Source: Lepidodermella squamata
Taxonomy: Eukaryota > Animalia > Gastrotricha
DNA: 64,000 nt
Reading direction: 5' to 3'
NCBI GenBank assembly: GCA_047495785.1
Contig: JBLDXI010000015.1
Span: forward strand, 124,001 to 188,000
Numbering within the stretch: the first letter of the stretch is position 1; the number at the start of each line of letters is the position of its first letter. Below, in pieces: positions 62,701 to 64,000 of this stretch. Under the pieces are notes generated by a model that saw only the letters and a list, made by a program, of their open reading frames with translations, was not told the DNA's origin and searched no databases. Both the position numbers and the translations under genes were made by a program.

Positions 62701-64000
62701 ATTTCCGTAACTAAAAACAGGGTTTAAAAATCTCGGTGAGCCCCCCTCGATGACTTATCAGGCGTTTTCAAAAACAATGACCCAATCGCGATTTTCGATT
62801 TCATCCTTCACATTCACCGAATCTAAGCCCGAGATTTTGCTCACCTTTCGTACCAAATTTTCATAAAATTCAGCAAATACGCCTCGGCCATCAACAATTT
62901 TAAAGTCGGCCGTTCCGCATCGCTGAATTCGCTGCTTCTGGCCGTAAACGCATCGCCATCGACTGCCAGCTCCGGAAACTCAGTCGGCCAACACGCCAGG
63001 GTCAACTCCGCGTTTTTAATCCGAGTGAAAAGTTCTTCCAATTTCAACCCATTCGAACTTGTGATTTCAGCTAATAACCTCAAAATAGTCTTCATTTCAC
63101 CGGCGAATTGCGACAAAGCCCCGGCTGATGCGAAAACGTTGAGTTCTTTAAACATGAAAGTAACCCGATCTTGCGGGGCGGTAATCACTTTTGAACTCGA
63201 TAAAATCGCACGCGATAACGTGTAGCGATTCGACGAAGTCGGAATAGGCTGTAACGGGCTTTGATTTTCCGCATCTTGCTGCTCGGCTTCACTCGATTTC
63301 GACCACAAATCAATATAACAACGCCATAATTGGAAGAAAATCGTCATATTCCCGTTTGTCGAACACTGCTCCATGGCTAAAAACCAAATTTTAGCCGAAT
63401 TCGACTTGTCAACTGATGCGTAAATATCTCGCAAAATTTTCGGGACAAATGGGAATCGAGCTCTTCGATTCATTTCGTCCGCATTGCCGGAAATTGTTGA
63501 CGACGTTATCCAATTAACAGATAATAAGAAAGCCTGTTGCAAAAACGGAGCTTGCCTCGTTGTACCAAATAACTTATGAAGAGACCAGAGCAAGGATAAA
63601 CTATGCGAATCTAGCCCAACTATGGTGGGCGGTCCTTTCGATTGAAGTTTCGAAACAAAAAGCGATACAACCTTTGAGAAGGCCGATTTTTTCGGCAGTA
63701 ATTCTTCGAGATAGGCTGAAATACTCCCAGTGGCTTGTTGGCCGTTTGAAACAATTTGATCAACAAAATGGCCGGCGAAAGTTAACGAAGCAGCAGTTGC
63801 TGATAGTTCGTATAGCAGCGATTTCTGCTTTTGGCTTCCATCTTCACTAGCTGCCAAGTTTTTCGTCAATAAATTGTCGTAAGCAATTATATTCAGTATG
63901 CAATCGATCGCGTTAGATAGCGAGTTTTCAACTAGGGTTTGATCGGATTTTGACGTTGATGTTCTTTCGACGAGGCGAAGAGCTCGGTATAACGAGCATT
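38754..64000 (-). CDS. ESPL1: Separase (peptidase C50), last 9 exons; 5' part lies beyond the window
   Basis: Phase-consistent exons >64000-62845, 61245-60872, 58445-58139, 54730-54243, 52520-52140, 48012-47488, 47435-47135, 40129-39809 and 39402-38754. Motifs KEFWNSRAALD, FTWEDVPSMR, YVLDPENNLAKT, catalytic FIGHGSG and LMGCSS, GNLFNVTDVDIDRF, CKLRFLNGSAPVCYGLP. Confidence 0.92.
39441..39750. mobile_element. pogo/Tc1-like MITE in the last separase intron
   Basis: Imperfect TIRs CCGTAA.G.G.CC.AA.TTTGGACA with TA flanks. Confidence 0.65.
40395..45050 (+). mobile_element. Ty3/Gypsy (Mag-like) LTR retrotransposon
   Basis: 278-bp TG...CA LTRs at 40395-40672 and 44773-45050, identical by eye. TSD GTCGC. 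PBS-like TGGCGACGCGG after the 5' LTR. Gag with two CCHC knuckles, protease IDCG, RT (LRVCGDY, RLPFGITSAPGYFQ), RNase H (ADAS, YSQIQREAL, TDHKPL), integrase. Confidence 0.97.
40700..44733 (+). pseudogene. Disrupted gag-pol
   Basis: Frameshifts near 40960, 41450 and 42980 (the last with loss of the RT-RNase H connection). RT catalytic YxDD reads FLDN. Confidence 0.85.
45056..45190 (+). mobile_element. hAT transposase dimerization-domain relic next to the LTR element
   Basis: Translates as HVLVIQTASSEAERAFSSLG...DRARL. Confidence 0.6.
46500..46695 (+). mobile_element. MULE transposase relic
   Basis: ALLPNKAEPTYQRL...LSDFESGFAAAV...IGC. Confidence 0.7.
48191..48915 (+). mobile_element. pogo/Tigger transposase relic
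   Basis: YSPDDIFNVDETGLLFR and, downstream, IGK...SSKKAWM...WQRWL. Confidence 0.7.
50451..51485 (-). CDS. Glycosyltransferase family 15 (Kre2/Mnt1-like alpha-1,2-mannosyltransferase), intronless, nested in a separase intron
   Basis: Type II membrane anchor. Motifs FENFNSEFRYPVIVF, NYRHMIDFW, YYFRLDSDS, IDYDIFKYM, YYNNFEV, IYERRWGDAPLR. ATG at 51485. Confidence 0.85.
   Translation of the reverse strand: MACPLNWPRYSKLGLVVLCIPGFIYLLIANPKLLRTPTELTTSTSAPPVNLRNVIVYLTTNKHISAFTYSLQTLFENFNSEFRYPVIVFYEEPWNKTSFNEYTQYWLKGSDRALIEFIPIKFELPPEFGPNRKMELADRWPLNYRHMIDFWFHRLLNEPAMQDVEYYFRLDSDSFIKSRIDYDIFKYMKSNNFAYAFRVRNVDWSGVVMGLLEFTEDYVARHNKSIFHSQMPKFPPTQQERVYYLIPIYYNNFEVLHVPTFRDHPGIRNFTREVVDSMQIYERRWGDAPLRYLTVAMYLNTTTQVHEFCDFDYIHQSVYNRTCSSSEQLRKHDLNDEIKSTTIS
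53057..53854 (+). mobile_element. Degenerate MULE transposase
   Basis: DGTFVIAPKMFFQLYTVH, LPNKKEDTY, DFEKAA, CFLHL and RTDNCAEA, spread across frameshifts. Confidence 0.85.
55468..55507 (+). ncRNA. Minimal type I hammerhead ribozyme of the kind found in Penelope-like elements
   Basis: GGAC-CUGAGGA-U-GGCAC(CUGCCU)GUGCC-GAAACGUU-GUCU. Conserved core, 5-bp stem II, palindromic AACGUU in place of stem III, stem I GGAC/GUCU. AATAAA follows. Confidence 0.7.
55670..56019 (+). mobile_element. P-element/THAP9-like transposase relic
   Basis: ATKVLSFVI, VQVVSLTMDG...N, FPHPS, and P-x-LIK. Confidence 0.6.
56100..57220 (+). mobile_element. Internally deleted Helitron (PIF1-like helicase fragments)
   Basis: ASSGIASLLL.NGSTAHS; LPPHRLRLKVGFPVILKRN...GLCNGS; IPRIPL; FAMTINKSQGQT; VFSHGQLYVALSRV; RNIVY. 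Confidence 0.85.
57333..57583. mobile_element. MITE with a 32-bp perfect TIR
   Basis: TCATAGAGATCAGATTAACCAGAGAGGAAACT ... AGTTTCCTCTCTGGTTAATCTGATCTCTATGA. Confidence 0.8.
59195..60506. mobile_element. Non-autonomous TIR element (TAG...CTA ends) containing a hAT transposase relic at 59670-59984
   Basis: Inverted ends TAGCCTGG.TGACG..TTCTATGAATTCATCCGGATGAAT. Internal peptide FPVATAKCERGFSTMN. Confidence 0.65.
61287..62370 (-). mobile_element. 5'-truncated RTE-like LINE (copy 2) in a separase intron
   Basis: Open frame from DDGTLLG to FNCGGG-stop, paralogous to copy 1. (TTA)n tail. 9-bp TSD ATGATCATT at 61278-61286 and 62371-62379. Confidence 0.92.

Overview
Animal-type eukaryotic genomic DNA with spliceosomal introns of two sizes: about 50-60 nt, and several kb where filled with transposons. 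Host genes, left to right: ATG9 (minus, 5' part); WDR60/DYNC2I1 (minus); a small intronless gene resembling only the HMGXB4 C-terminus; a 7-exon ABCA transporter (plus); three kinase + C-terminal ankyrin-repeat genes and one relic; and the 3' nine exons of separase/ESPL1 (minus, running off the right edge). Mobile DNA includes an apparently intact 5.4-kb two-gene Mutator-like element (TIRs, 8-bp TSD), three copies of an RTE-like LINE, and a Gypsy/Mag LTR element whose LTRs look identical but whose coding region is broken. There are also several MITEs and relics of hAT, MULE, pogo, P, Helitron and Penelope-like elements, the last with a minimal hammerhead ribozyme. The most interesting observations are: (1) the kinase-ankyrin paralogs have a homogenised 34-aa repeat framework that varies at DARPin-type binding positions, and sit in a tandemly duplicated block; (2) the MULE carries an orphan second gene; (3) a fungal-type GT15 mannosyltransferase is nested in a separase intron; (4) some same-strand genes are packed as tightly as operons. 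Exon models, repeats and family calls were made by eye; no searches were run.
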